Shown one piece after another: positions 1 to 6,859 of a stretch of 21,499 bases of DNA. The position numbers and the translations under genes were made by a program. The DNA is from a bacterium (GTDB lineage: Bacteria; Patescibacteriota; Minisyncoccia; JAUYLV01), in contig JAUYLV010000023.1 of the NCBI GenBank assembly GCA_030699565.1, positions 1 through 21,499 on the forward strand. The letters are read 5' to 3'. Position 1 is the first letter of the stretch. Every line of letters starts with the position of its first letter. The notes beneath the pieces were generated by a model. That model had not been told where the DNA came from. It searched no databases and was given only the letters and a program-made list of their open reading frames with translations.

Positions 1-211
1 CAAGGCGCTTGTGGCGCGAGCCCGAAAGATTCAGAAATTCCTGGCACAGCCGTTCTTCGTTGCCGAAGTGTTTACGGGCAAAAAGGGCGCGTATGTTTCG
101 CGCGAGGATACGGTTCGCGGATTCCGTGAGATCCTGGAAGGCAAATACGATGATAAGCCCGAGCAGGCGTTTTACATGAAGGGAAGTATTGAAGAAATCT
201 CTCAAGGATAA
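1..211 (+). CDS. atpD: ATP synthase F1 beta subunit, 3' end (5' partial, runs off the window)
   Basis: The frame is open from the window edge. The translation ...[60 protein letters not shown] matches the conserved beta-subunit C-terminus (E. coli ...[58 protein letters not shown]). Stop TAA at 209-211. Confidence 0.9.
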   Translation, partial: KALVARARKIQKFLAQPFFVAEVFTGKKGAYVSREDTVRGFREILEGKYDDKPEQAFYMKGSIEEISQG

Positions 212-244
212 AAAAGATGGCGACAGCTTGCATGCTGTCGCCAT
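210..244 (-). terminator. Intrinsic terminator in minus orientation: 11-bp perfect stem ATGGCGACAGC/GCTGTCGCCAT (217-227 / 234-244) with loop TTGCAT, followed on the minus strand by CTTTTTT (plus A-run 210-215). It overlaps the atpD stop codon
   Basis: Inverted repeat read directly. The U-run exists only in the minus orientation; the plus side has no T-run, so atpD transcripts are not expected to terminate here. Confidence 0.6.
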
Positions 245-251
245 GATCCTG

Positions 252-425
252 TTAGGAAGTGCGATTATCCTTCTTTCCGCCCTTGCCTTTCTTCGCGCTC
301 TTGTCGGCCTTCTTGGTCTGACTGGCCAAGCTGGGCCCGTTTCCTTTCATCGAAAACGTGTGGTCGCAGTTTTTGGGGCCGCAGTTGCAACCTCCACCGA
401 TCGTTCCACCACGCAGAAATGGCAT
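252..425 (-). CDS. Small 57-aa Cys-containing, Lys-rich protein (MPFLRGGTIGGGCNCGPKNCDHTFSMKGNGPSLASQTKKADKSAKKGKGGKKDNRTS), antisense to the atp operon. It is not in the ORF track because it is under 60 aa
   Basis: Minus-strand ATG at 425-423. It is preceded by GGGAGG (reverse complement of plus 434-439) with 8-nt spacing. Stop TAA is the reverse complement of 252-254. A minus-oriented terminator lies 7 nt downstream of the stop. A consensus TTGACA-17-TAATAT promoter lies upstream at plus 459-487. Hand-translated codon by codon. Confidence 0.55.
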   Translation of the reverse strand: MPFLRGGTIGGGCNCGPKNCDHTFSMKGNGPSLASQTKKADKSAKKGKGGKKDNRTS

Positions 426-458
426 GTAAAGAACCTCCCACTATTTTTTTACTTTAAG

Positions 459-487
459 ATATTAATACTTATAAATAAAAATGTCAA
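459..487 (-). promoter_or_regulatory. Sigma70-type promoter on the minus strand: -35 TTGACA (reverse complement of 482-487), 17-nt spacer, -10 TAATAT (reverse complement of 459-464). The -35 overlaps the atpC start codon
   Basis: Exact consensus hexamers with optimal spacing. The predicted transcription start near plus 452 gives a 27-nt leader containing the GGGAGG site of the 57-aa ORF. Confidence 0.5.
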
Positions 488-723
488 TAGCCCTAAAGAT
501 CTATAGCATAGACAAGACCCTCTACGAAGGAGAGGCTGATGCCATAACCCTTCCGGGCTCCGATGGGGAGCTTGGGGTGCTTGCTATCCACACCCCCTTG
601 ATTTCTAATCTAAAGCATGGTATAATAAAGATTCGCAATAAAGATGCGGAAAAGTTCATTGAAATAAACGGTGGATTTGTCGAAATCCAGCCGGAAAGCA
701 AGGTTATAGTGCTCGCAGACTAA
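481..723 (+). CDS. atpC: ATP synthase F1 epsilon subunit, short 80-aa form containing only the N-terminal beta-sandwich domain
   Basis: MSIALKIYSIDKTLYEGEADAITLPGSDGELGVLAIHTPLISNLKHGIIKIRNKDAEKFIEINGGFVEIQPESKVIVLAD aligns with the epsilon N-terminal domain (E. coli ...[29 protein letters not shown]...[22 protein letters not shown]). The ORF stops right after VLAD. No Shine-Dalgarno site; the upstream sequence is AT-rich. Confidence 0.85.
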   Translation: MSIALKIYSIDKTLYEGEADAITLPGSDGELGVLAIHTPLISNLKHGIIKIRNKDAEKFIEINGGFVEIQPESKVIVLAD

Positions 724-754
724 CAATTTGCCTTAAGGAGGGCGCTTCGTATCT

Positions 755-1330
755 ATGGGAAAAATTTCCGCTTCAGATTTTAAGAGCATCGTCGAACTTC
801 GTAAATTCGGGGTACTTGCCGATGTGGATCCGCATCGTCTTCCACAGAAGGAAGGCGTTATCGCGACTCCTTGTGCAGACGGGGATCAAATGATCGACGT
901 TTTCACAAGGCAGGTGGAGTATGCCGCGCAAGCGGGTCATGCGCCTCGTCCTCATATGCTCGCGCTCAATGGGGGTGCATTGCTCATCGCTGAAGATTCT
1001 CCGCTAAACAAGAAGTTGCGGGAGGATCTGGTGTACATTGAGCACATCAAGGGCGGCATTATGCTGAAGGGCATGCGAACTATCGTCCTTTACACACATG
1101 CCCCGTGCGGTGCGGCAGGCCTCGTGAAATTGTCCTTTGTGGAATGCATTGAACTGCTCATAAAGGCCAAAGCACGTATCTCTAGTGAAATTCCCGATGC
1201 GAAAGTCGTGTGTTTCTGTCATATCGACCGCGAGACAGACGGAAAGCACAAAAAAAATACGTACTTTGTGGATGAAGAGCGCTGGGCTGAATGGCAGCGC
1301 AAGCATCCGATGGAGGTGGAGGTCGCATGA
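755..1330 (+). CDS. Hypothetical 191-aa protein with putative zinc-ligand motifs (PCADGD around residue 40 and HAPCGA around residue 115)
   Basis: AAGGAGG site at 735-741 with ATG at 755. It lies 31 nt after atpC. The Cys...His-x2-Cys spacing of about 75 aa resembles the beta-carbonic-anhydrase ligand arrangement, but the CxDxR arginine is replaced by Asp. Confidence 0.6.
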   Translation: MGKISASDFKSIVELRKFGVLADVDPHRLPQKEGVIATPCADGDQMIDVFTRQVEYAAQAGHAPRPHMLALNGGALLIAEDSPLNKKLREDLVYIEHIKGGIMLKGMRTIVLYTHAPCGAAGLVKLSFVECIELLIKAKARISSEIPDAKVVCFCHIDRETDGKHKKNTYFVDEERWAEWQRKHPMEVEVA

Positions 1331-1536
1331 CCGCTGAAAAGAAACGAGTTATCAAGCGTGTTGGCAGGGGATTGTTTTGGACGGGCGCTACGATTTCCGG
1401 AGGCATCCTTGCCTTCATCGCAGTCAAGGGTGTTCTGAAAATCATGGAGCGGGATTTGAAGGCTTCGGATGCGGATACCTGTCGGCGATCGTCCGGTAAT
1501 TGTGATGATGACTCCCAGCTTTTCATAGGGAGTTGA
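1327..1536 (+). CDS. Small membrane protein of 69 aa with one predicted TM helix
   Basis: An ATGA overlap with the upstream stop suggests translational coupling. GGAGGTGGAGG precedes the ATG at 1327. The hydrophobic segment is GLFWTGATISGGILAFIAV. Confidence 0.5.
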   Translation: MTAEKKRVIKRVGRGLFWTGATISGGILAFIAVKGVLKIMERDLKASDADTCRRSSGNCDDDSQLFIGS

Positions 1537-1550
1537 AGTCTAAGTATCAA

Positions 1551-1583
1551 CCGCCTCGGCATATGCTGGGGCGGACTTTTTAT
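1551..1583 (+). terminator. Intrinsic terminator: imperfect GC-rich hairpin CCGCCTCGGCAT/ATGCTGGGGCGG followed by ACTTTTTAT
   Basis: Inverted repeat plus T-run, 15 nt after the stop at 1536. Confidence 0.5.
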
Positions 1584-1592
1584 AATATATCC

Positions 1593-1621
1593 TTGACGCA
1601 AGCACTGCAGGCTGCTACCAT
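1593..1621 (+). promoter_or_regulatory. Putative promoter: TTGACG (1593-1598), 17-nt spacer, TACCAT (1616-1621)
   Basis: Hexamer match and spacing. It sits upstream of the small gene at 1666. Confidence 0.3.
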
Positions 1622-1665
1622 GCTTTTTCAGCAGAATGCGGTTTTACCGAAGAAAAGGGGTGACA

Positions 1666-1833
1666 ATGAAGGACCATGAAAAAAATTCCAGGCTCGCGTA
1701 CTGTACGGGGCCTATATGTGGTTACAAGAAAAAGGAAGAGCGAGAAATGGTCTTGACCGCGGGAGCGTATTGCGATCAGTGCAATAAAGCGGCTTCCGAT
1801 CAGGCTCGCGGTAAAAAAGCTTCATCGAAGTGA
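1666..1833 (+). CDS. Small 55-aa zinc-ribbon-like protein with CTGPIC and CDQC motifs
   Basis: AAAAGGGG site 5 nt upstream of ATG 1666 (the ORF-track ORF from 1636 is in frame; the internal Met at 1666 has the ribosome-binding site). Two Cys pairs. A terminator follows. Confidence 0.5.
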   Translation: MKDHEKNSRLAYCTGPICGYKKKEEREMVLTAGAYCDQCNKAASDQARGKKASSK

Positions 1834-1861
1834 TCTGTGGCAGTAGAGGCAGAACATATTT

Positions 1862-1889
1862 CCGCGAGAATTATCTCGCGGGTTTTTTA
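1862..1889 (+). terminator. Intrinsic terminator: stem CCGCGAGA/TCTCGCGG with loop ATTA, then G and TTTTTT
   Basis: Perfect 8-bp stem plus a 6-T run, 29 nt after the stop at 1833. Confidence 0.7.
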
Positions 1890-1903
1890 TGGCCCGTGTT
1901 GGC

Positions 1904-1931
1904 TTGACAAGTGAGCCATTTTTGCTATATT
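1904..1931 (+). promoter_or_regulatory. Sigma70-like promoter: TTGACA (1904-1909), 16-nt spacer, TATATT (1926-1931)
   Basis: Consensus -35 and a good -10, upstream of the lipoprotein gene. Confidence 0.5.
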
Positions 1932-1976
1932 AGGTACTTGCCCAATGAAGATCTTTGAAATTCTGGGAGGAATGCA

Positions 1977-2444
1977 ATGCTTTGTAAATCGGAAACAATT
2001 CTCTGCACAGCATTTGCCGCCGTGCTATTGTCGGCGCTTACGATGCTTGGCTGTGGGGATAGTCGGGTTAATGAGGCTGGCCCCGCAAAAAAGTCAATCG
2101 AAAAAGTGGCGGACAATGCGGAGGTTCCGCCGAAGTTTTTTACGGTGGACGGCTGGGTGCTTAACCCTCATACGGAACTTGGTCATACGGTCATAGGTTT
2201 TCGTACTACAGATGACCGCCTGCTCAATCTCGTATTTGCGGGCATGCACCAGCAATTGACGGATGGCATGTATTGCCGCATTGCCTACCACCAACTCGTT
2301 GACGATAAGCATCTGCCGGACATGCTGCGGCAGTATACGCGGCAAGCCGACATCAATTATCTGGTGTTGGATAGCGTGGAACTTCTGCCCGCACCGAGGG
2401 ATAGTGGGTCGGGAATCAGGCCTAAACAAAAAAAGGAGGATTAA
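1977..2444 (+). CDS. Putative lipoprotein of 155 aa, with signal peptide and lipobox LTMLGC
   Basis: GGGAGG 6 nt before ATG 1977. The N-terminus MLCKSETILCTAFAAVLLSALTMLGCGDS has a lipobox with Cys. Confidence 0.65.
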   Translation: MLCKSETILCTAFAAVLLSALTMLGCGDSRVNEAGPAKKSIEKVADNAEVPPKFFTVDGWVLNPHTELGHTVIGFRTTDDRLLNLVFAGMHQQLTDGMYCRIAYHQLVDDKHLPDMLRQYTRQADINYLVLDSVELLPAPRDSGSGIRPKQKKED

Positions 2445-2447
2445 ATC

Positions 2448-2843
2448 ATGGTTGGACTACTCATCGCGGTGATTTTTGCAGCGTTTTTGGCCGTAAAAGG
2501 CAGAACGTTGCAGGAGACGTATCTGTCTTCGACGAATTTTCTCTTCTGGTGGTATGTCATTTGCGGAGTGGCAACGTTTCTTTTTCTGTCTATCGGAGTC
2601 GTAGCGGGCACCGCGCTTGCAAGCCTTCTCATGGGACCCTTTGCGGCGCTTCTGGGAGCGGGTATCGCTACGGTAGCCATTCTTGCCATCGTTACCATGT
2701 TATCGTTTCTCCAGATGTTCGGCGCATACTTGCTCAATACCGCGCTGCACCAGAAAGTTACCGGGGCTTATGAATGGAAGGTTGCCCGTCTGGTCATCGG
2801 CATTGCCCTGGTGGTAGTCGGCACCCTAAAGCTTTCAAGCTGA
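2448..2843 (+). CDS. Integral membrane protein of 131 aa with about 4 TM helices
   Basis: AAGGAGG at 2432-2438. It starts 3 nt after the upstream stop. Hydrophobic throughout. Confidence 0.65.
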   Translation: MVGLLIAVIFAAFLAVKGRTLQETYLSSTNFLFWWYVICGVATFLFLSIGVVAGTALASLLMGPFAALLGAGIATVAILAIVTMLSFLQMFGAYLLNTALHQKVTGAYEWKVARLVIGIALVVVGTLKLSS

Positions 2844-2856
2844 TTGGCAAGGCGGC

Positions 2857-2906
2857 AAAAAAATAAAAAGGCCTGCAAGGTTTTACCTGCAGGCTGTTTT
2901 CTTTTT
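2857..2906. terminator. Bidirectional intrinsic terminator: hairpin GCCTGCA...TGCAGGC (2871-2894) flanked by an A-run (2857-2870) and TGTTTTCTTTTT (2895-2906)
   Basis: It lies between the convergent genes ending at 2843 (+) and 2914 (-). U-runs are present on both sides. Confidence 0.55.
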
Positions 2907-2913
2907 CATGTGT

Positions 2914-4197
2914 CTAGGTGTCCGGTCCCGTTGTTTCGGTATTCGATGAATCTTTCTCCGCGGCACCCTCGGGCTTTACATCGTCTTCATCGCCGGAGAA
3001 AAGTTCTACGATAAGCCTTGCCCGTTCCAAAGCGTCATAGTTGCCACTGTCTCGCAATTCCTCGTCAAATTCATCCGCATCCACTTCTGCTTCGCTGATG
3101 AACCTGGCAATGCTGGCTTTAGGCGCCTTAGCTTGGAGCGCGGCTCGCACGACGTCGAAGGCCGTTTCATCTGTGCAGTGATGAAGAGCTTTCAGCACCC
3201 CGGGAGTCGGATAGCAGTTTGCGGCAATAATGGCTTCCAGAACTTCGTCGAGATCTTCGAGTTCCTCGTTGGCGTTCAGACAATACACCATGTTTTCCGC
3301 ATCCGCTTCGGAGGCATGCAAAGCGCGGATGATATCGGCAAGGTTAAGATCAAGATCATCCCGCAACGCGGTGTATTCCTCTTCTTCATCGAGATTCAGT
3401 TTGATCATTTTTACTAGTTCGCCGATCGCTTGCGGTAGAGGCCGCTTTTCCTTAGGAAAGGCCGCCAGGATCGTTCCCAATCGTCTATCGGTTTGGTGGT
3501 AGAGAAGTTCGGCGATGCTTTCCACGGCCCAGCCCCCGCAGAGGAGCGGTTCGATGAAATCGTCGGGGTCGGTATCGTAGTCACCGTCATTCCAATCGCA
3601 TTCCTCGGCGTGCTGTAAAGCGGAAAAAACGCTTTCAACTTTCTCTTTTTGTGTTTGGCCATTCGCTATCGGGAGCAGGGATGCGAGCCATTGATCCGCA
3701 CCAGGTCTGTAGGAGTTCTCCAGTATCTCGGCGATATCAGTGAGCGCATAACTGTGCTCCGCAAGGCATGCGGCAAGCTCTTCCGGCCTTGTGCCCGTCT
3801 CTACAAGCGCATCTATGATTTCATCCCGCGCTTCAGTCGAATCATCTTGGGCAATCAGAGCAGTAAAGATTTCTTTTGCGCGTTTTCCTGTACCGTGAAA
3901 TTCCGCTACCTGTTTTCGCAGCAGGGCTCGCTTATGCGGGTTGCTTGGTGTCGTAGTCGGTCCAGTATTGGAGTGCAATGCCGCATCTTCATTCAATGTC
4001 TGGGCGGTTTCGTTGGGCTGTGCGCCCTCTGGCGGAAAAGAATAATTAACTGTCGAAGCCTTTGTTGGCTCCGCAGTGGAGCGCCCTTGTGACGCTTTTT
4101 TTCGGGCAGATTGTATCAATGTCCAAAGCGGCCATGCTATTGCCCCAAGAATTACCATTAACACCATGACAAGCTTTGCGATCTGCTCTGCGCTCAT
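2914..4197 (-). CDS. Acidic membrane-anchored hypothetical protein of 427 aa, with an N-terminal TM helix and a D/E-rich soluble domain
   Basis: GGAGG (reverse complement of 4205-4209) 7 nt upstream of ATG (reverse complement of 4195-4197). The N-terminus LVMVLMVILGAIAWPLWTL is hydrophobic. The remainder is strongly acidic with no recognisable catalytic motif. Confidence 0.7.
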   Translation of the reverse strand: MSAEQIAKLVMVLMVILGAIAWPLWTLIQSARKKASQGRSTAEPTKASTVNYSFPPEGAQPNETAQTLNEDAALHSNTGPTTTPSNPHKRALLRKQVAEFHGTGKRAKEIFTALIAQDDSTEARDEIIDALVETGTRPEELAACLAEHSYALTDIAEILENSYRPGADQWLASLLPIANGQTQKEKVESVFSALQHAEECDWNDGDYDTDPDDFIEPLLCGGWAVESIAELLYHQTDRRLGTILAAFPKEKRPLPQAIGELVKMIKLNLDEEEEYTALRDDLDLNLADIIRALHASEADAENMVYCLNANEELEDLDEVLEAIIAANCYPTPGVLKALHHCTDETAFDVVRAALQAKAPKASIARFISEAEVDADEFDEELRDSGNYDALERARLIVELFSGDEDDVKPEGAAEKDSSNTETTGPDT

Positions 4198-4238
4198 TTT
4201 TTGCCTCCATTTAGCTTATATTTTAAAGAGCGAAATTT

Positions 4239-4267
4239 ATATTAATAATAAATCATGAAAATGTCAA
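4239..4267 (-). promoter_or_regulatory. Promoter for the 2914-4197 gene: -35 TTGACA (reverse complement of 4262-4267), 17-nt spacer, -10 TAATAT (reverse complement of 4239-4244)
   Basis: Consensus hexamers with 17-nt spacing on the minus strand. Confidence 0.45.
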
Positions 4268-4290
4268 TATTTGGCTTAAAAACGGAACTA

Positions 4291-4319
4291 TTGACATATT
4301 CATATTTATTTGCTATTTT
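4291..4319 (+). promoter_or_regulatory. Promoter for the NfeD-flotillin operon: -35 TTGACA (4291-4296), 17-nt spacer, -10 TATTTT (4314-4319)
   Basis: Hexamers with 17-nt spacing. Together with the minus promoter it forms the 9-bp inverted repeat ATGTCAATA...TATTGACAT (4261-4269 / 4289-4297). Confidence 0.4.
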
Positions 4320-4411
4320 AGCTAGTCCGCTGAAATGCTGTCCACAGCTATTGGTGGAAAATCTGAACATTGTCAATCGAAAAAACTGACAAGGAAAGGA
4401 GAAATTGCCTT

Positions 4412-5026
4412 ATGGAGCATACGGCTTTGTTCGGAATGCTGTTCGCTTCTCCATGGTCGCGTATGGGCCTGTCGATGTTCTTTTTCTGGCTCACCTTCGT
4501 GGCTTTGGCAGCGCTATCGATCTCGTTGCTCTTGGGACATGATCATGACGCGGATCATGACATGGACCACGATGCGGATAACGACCACGATACGGATCAT
4601 GACGGATCGGGAAATATGAGTTTTATTTCGATCAGGATCCTGCTGATGTTCGTTGCGGGGTTTGGTGCCGGAGGATACTTCGGCGCTCGCGCGGACTATG
4701 ACGTGGCGGGGAGTTCATTCTTTGGAGTCGTTGGCGGCTTGATACTTGCCGCTATCGGCTACGTATTTCTCAACTGGCTGTACAGGCACCAAGCAACATC
4801 CACGGTAAAAACCCGCGATGTTATCGGGAGCATCGCTGTTGTTTCGATTGCGATCGCGCCCGACGGAGTGGGAGAAATCGTATGTGCGGTGGGGGATCGT
4901 CAGGAATGGTTTTCCGCACGGACAACCCAGCCGACGACTATTCCAATCGCTTCACGCGTACGCATCACTGCCGCGATGGGCTCAATGCTGGTTGTGGAGT
5001 CTGCCGGCGAAACAAAACAAAACTAA
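4412..5026 (+). CDS. NfeD-family membrane protein (short form, YuaF-like): TM helices plus a C-terminal OB-fold beta-barrel, with a His/Asp-rich loop
   Basis: AGGAG upstream of ATG 4412 (the ORF-track TTG at 4370 is in frame). The C-terminus DVIGSIAVVSIAIAPDGVGEIVCAVGDRQEWFSA...ITAAMGSMLVVE is NfeD-like. A flotillin gene follows immediately, as in the conserved nfeD-flotillin operon. Confidence 0.7.
   Translation: MEHTALFGMLFASPWSRMGLSMFFFWLTFVALAALSISLLLGHDHDADHDMDHDADNDHDTDHDGSGNMSFISIRILLMFVAGFGAGGYFGARADYDVAGSSFFGVVGGLILAAIGYVFLNWLYRHQATSTVKTRDVIGSIAVVSIAIAPDGVGEIVCAVGDRQEWFSARTTQPTTIPIASRVRITAAMGSMLVVESAGETKQN
4538..4609 (+). repeat. In-frame low-complexity codon repeat encoding HDHDADHDMDHDADNDHDTDHD (CAY-GAY hexamer periodicity) inside NfeD
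   Basis: catgatcatgacgcggatcatgacatggaccacgatgcggataacgaccacgatacggatcatgac, read directly. Confidence 0.6.
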
Positions 5027-5054
5027 ACCAAATCCAACAAGGAGGAAATACCAA

Positions 5055-6791
5055 ATGCAATTTGCTACTCTTGCGGCTCTCATGCTATTCCAAGGCGTGG
5101 GCGGTACGGTTGACTCGGTCTGGGCGACGTTTTCTACGCCGCTCATCATCATCTTCATTCTCGCGGTGATCGGCCTTCTGGTGCGCACAGGAGTCAAGCG
5201 GTATGTGAAAGTGCCGCCGGAAAGGGCGCTCATCATCTACGGCGGCGGAAAAACCCGCGTCGTATCCGGCGGGGCAAAGTTCGTCATGCCGCTGATGGAA
5301 GACTTCTATATGCTGGAACTCGAAGCGTTCCAGTTCGACGTGTCGCTCAATAACGTTCCGAATAAGGATAACGTTCCGATCAACGTCAAAACATCGGTGA
5401 CCTGCAAGATCTCGAACAAGGAAGAACTTCTTCCGGTCGCTGCCGGCGCATTCGGGCGGAAAAATCTGCAGCAAATCGCCGCCATGGTGCAGGGCGTCAT
5501 CGACGGCCACATTCGCGTGCTCATCGGGAAAAGCTCCATGGAAACCGTGTTGCGCGACCAGGACACCTTCAAGGAAAGCATCCAGAAGGAGGTTACGCAG
5601 GAATTGGCCAAGGTCGGTTGCGAAGTGGTGGTGCTGAACATCCAGGAAGTCAGCGATCCGGGTGGCGTTATCGCCGCGATGGGCAAACCGGAAACGGCGA
5701 AGGTCAAGGCTGAAGCCGAAATTCAGGAAGCGGAACAGAACCGCCGTAAAACCGTGCAGACCACCAAGGCGAACATGGAAGCGGAGACCACGAAGGCCGA
5801 GAATGAGGGGTTGACCGCTAAAGCGCAACGCGATCTCGATATCCAAAAAGCCGACTATAATGCCGAGACGGCAAGAGCAAGGGCAAAGGCTGCTCAGGCC
5901 GAACCCCTGGCAACTGCCGATGCGCGCAGAGCCGTTGTGCTTGCGGAAGTCGAAGTCAAGAGAACCCAAACCGTGGCGGAGACCACGTTGCAAGAAGCGG
6001 TCGCCGCTAAGACGGAAGCCGAGCTGAAGGCAACGGTGCTCAAGCAGGCAGATGCCGAGAAGCAGAAGCTGGTAATCGTCGCCGAGGGAGAAAGGTCAAG
6101 GGCTACGATCACCGCTGAAGGCGAGGCCCAAGCACGGAGAACTACCGCTTCAGCGGAGCGAGAAGCGCTTGAGAACGAGGGTGAAGGCCAGGCCAAGAAG
6201 ACTCGTGCTATCGGTTTTGCCGACGCTGATGTGAAAAAGAGCGTTGGAGAATCCGAGGCGGCCGCCGAGCAGGCAAGGCTTGTTGCGCAAGCCGAAGGCA
6301 GGAAGCAGCAGCTTCTTGCTGAAGCAGACGGTACAAGGGCACAGCTTCTCGCTCAAGCGGAAGGTCAGGAAGCACAGGCCAAGGCGACCAAGGCAATGCT
6401 GGATGCCTACAAGGGCATGGATGAGGAACAGCGCAGGCTCTTCGTCATCAAGATGATCCTCGAGCAGCTTCCCCAGACGGTCGATGCGCTCGGCAATGCC
6501 GGCGAGAAGATCATGGGTGAGATCGCCAGAACCGTTACCGCTTCCTTGAGCCAGATCGACAATCTGACGGTCTATGACTCCGGCTCGAACGGTAATGGCG
6601 GAATGGCCCGGACGCTCAAGGTGGCGCCCGAAGTGATGTTCGAAATATTTCAGACACTCAAGGCATCCGGAATGTTGCCCGTAGTCGCCGGGCTTGCGGC
6701 AAAACTGGGATTTGATCTCAGTACCATGGTGCCCGGACTGAACGGTTCCGAAAGCACCGAAGTCGCATCGACATCAGCGTCCAAAGCCTAA
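5055..6791 (+). CDS. Flotillin-like SPFH/band-7 protein of 578 aa
   Basis: AAGGAGG at 5039-5045. There is an N-terminal TM segment. SPFH-like core (IIYGGGKTRVVSGGAKFVMPLMEDFYMLELEAF...). The long EA/AQ-rich coiled coil is typical of flotillins. The ORF-track ORF from 4818 is an in-frame upstream extension overlapping NfeD. Confidence 0.85.
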   Translation: MQFATLAALMLFQGVGGTVDSVWATFSTPLIIIFILAVIGLLVRTGVKRYVKVPPERALIIYGGGKTRVVSGGAKFVMPLMEDFYMLELEAFQFDVSLNNVPNKDNVPINVKTSVTCKISNKEELLPVAAGAFGRKNLQQIAAMVQGVIDGHIRVLIGKSSMETVLRDQDTFKESIQKEVTQELAKVGCEVVVLNIQEVSDPGGVIAAMGKPETAKVKAEAEIQEAEQNRRKTVQTTKANMEAETTKAENEGLTAKAQRDLDIQKADYNAETARARAKAAQAEPLATADARRAVVLAEVEVKRTQTVAETTLQEAVAAKTEAELKATVLKQADAEKQKLVIVAEGERSRATITAEGEAQARRTTASAEREALENEGEGQAKKTRAIGFADADVKKSVGESEAAAEQARLVAQAEGRKQQLLAEADGTRAQLLAQAEGQEAQAKATKAMLDAYKGMDEEQRRLFVIKMILEQLPQTVDALGNAGEKIMGEIARTVTASLSQIDNLTVYDSGSNGNGGMARTLKVAPEVMFEIFQTLKASGMLPVVAGLAAKLGFDLSTMVPGLNGSESTEVASTSASKA

Positions 6792-6798
6792 AAACGCC

Positions 6799-6829
6799 AT
6801 GGGGAGGAGGGCAACCTTCTCCCCATTTT
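6799..6829 (+). terminator. Weak terminator or attenuator: stem ATGGGGAG/CTCCCCAT with a 12-nt loop, then TTTT
   Basis: 8-bp stem, a large loop and a short T-run. Possible partial termination before the next gene. Confidence 0.35.
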
Positions 6830-6859
6830 CAAAATCAGTTATTGATTTGAAAGGAGAAT

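Noticed and set aside
189-506. Plus-strand 105-aa ORF with a hydrophobic helix spanning the atpD stop and atpC start
   Set aside because: It starts with TTG inside atpD and has no ribosome-binding site. Its Leu/Phe-rich stretch is the antisense shadow of the AAG/AAA-rich tail of the minus-strand 57-aa gene, which does have a promoter, Shine-Dalgarno site and terminator.
4261-4389. 42-codon plus-strand ORF (MSIFGLKTELL...) in the divergent promoter region
   Set aside because: No ribosome-binding site. It overlaps both promoter elements and the AT-rich composition makes chance ORFs likely.
5085-5993. 302-aa minus-strand ORF inside the flotillin gene (also 5306-5707, 5894-6196)
   Set aside because: It is antisense to a confidently identified SPFH/flotillin coding region. 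It is Arg/Gly-rich, as expected from GC-rich antisense sequence, and has no ribosome-binding site.
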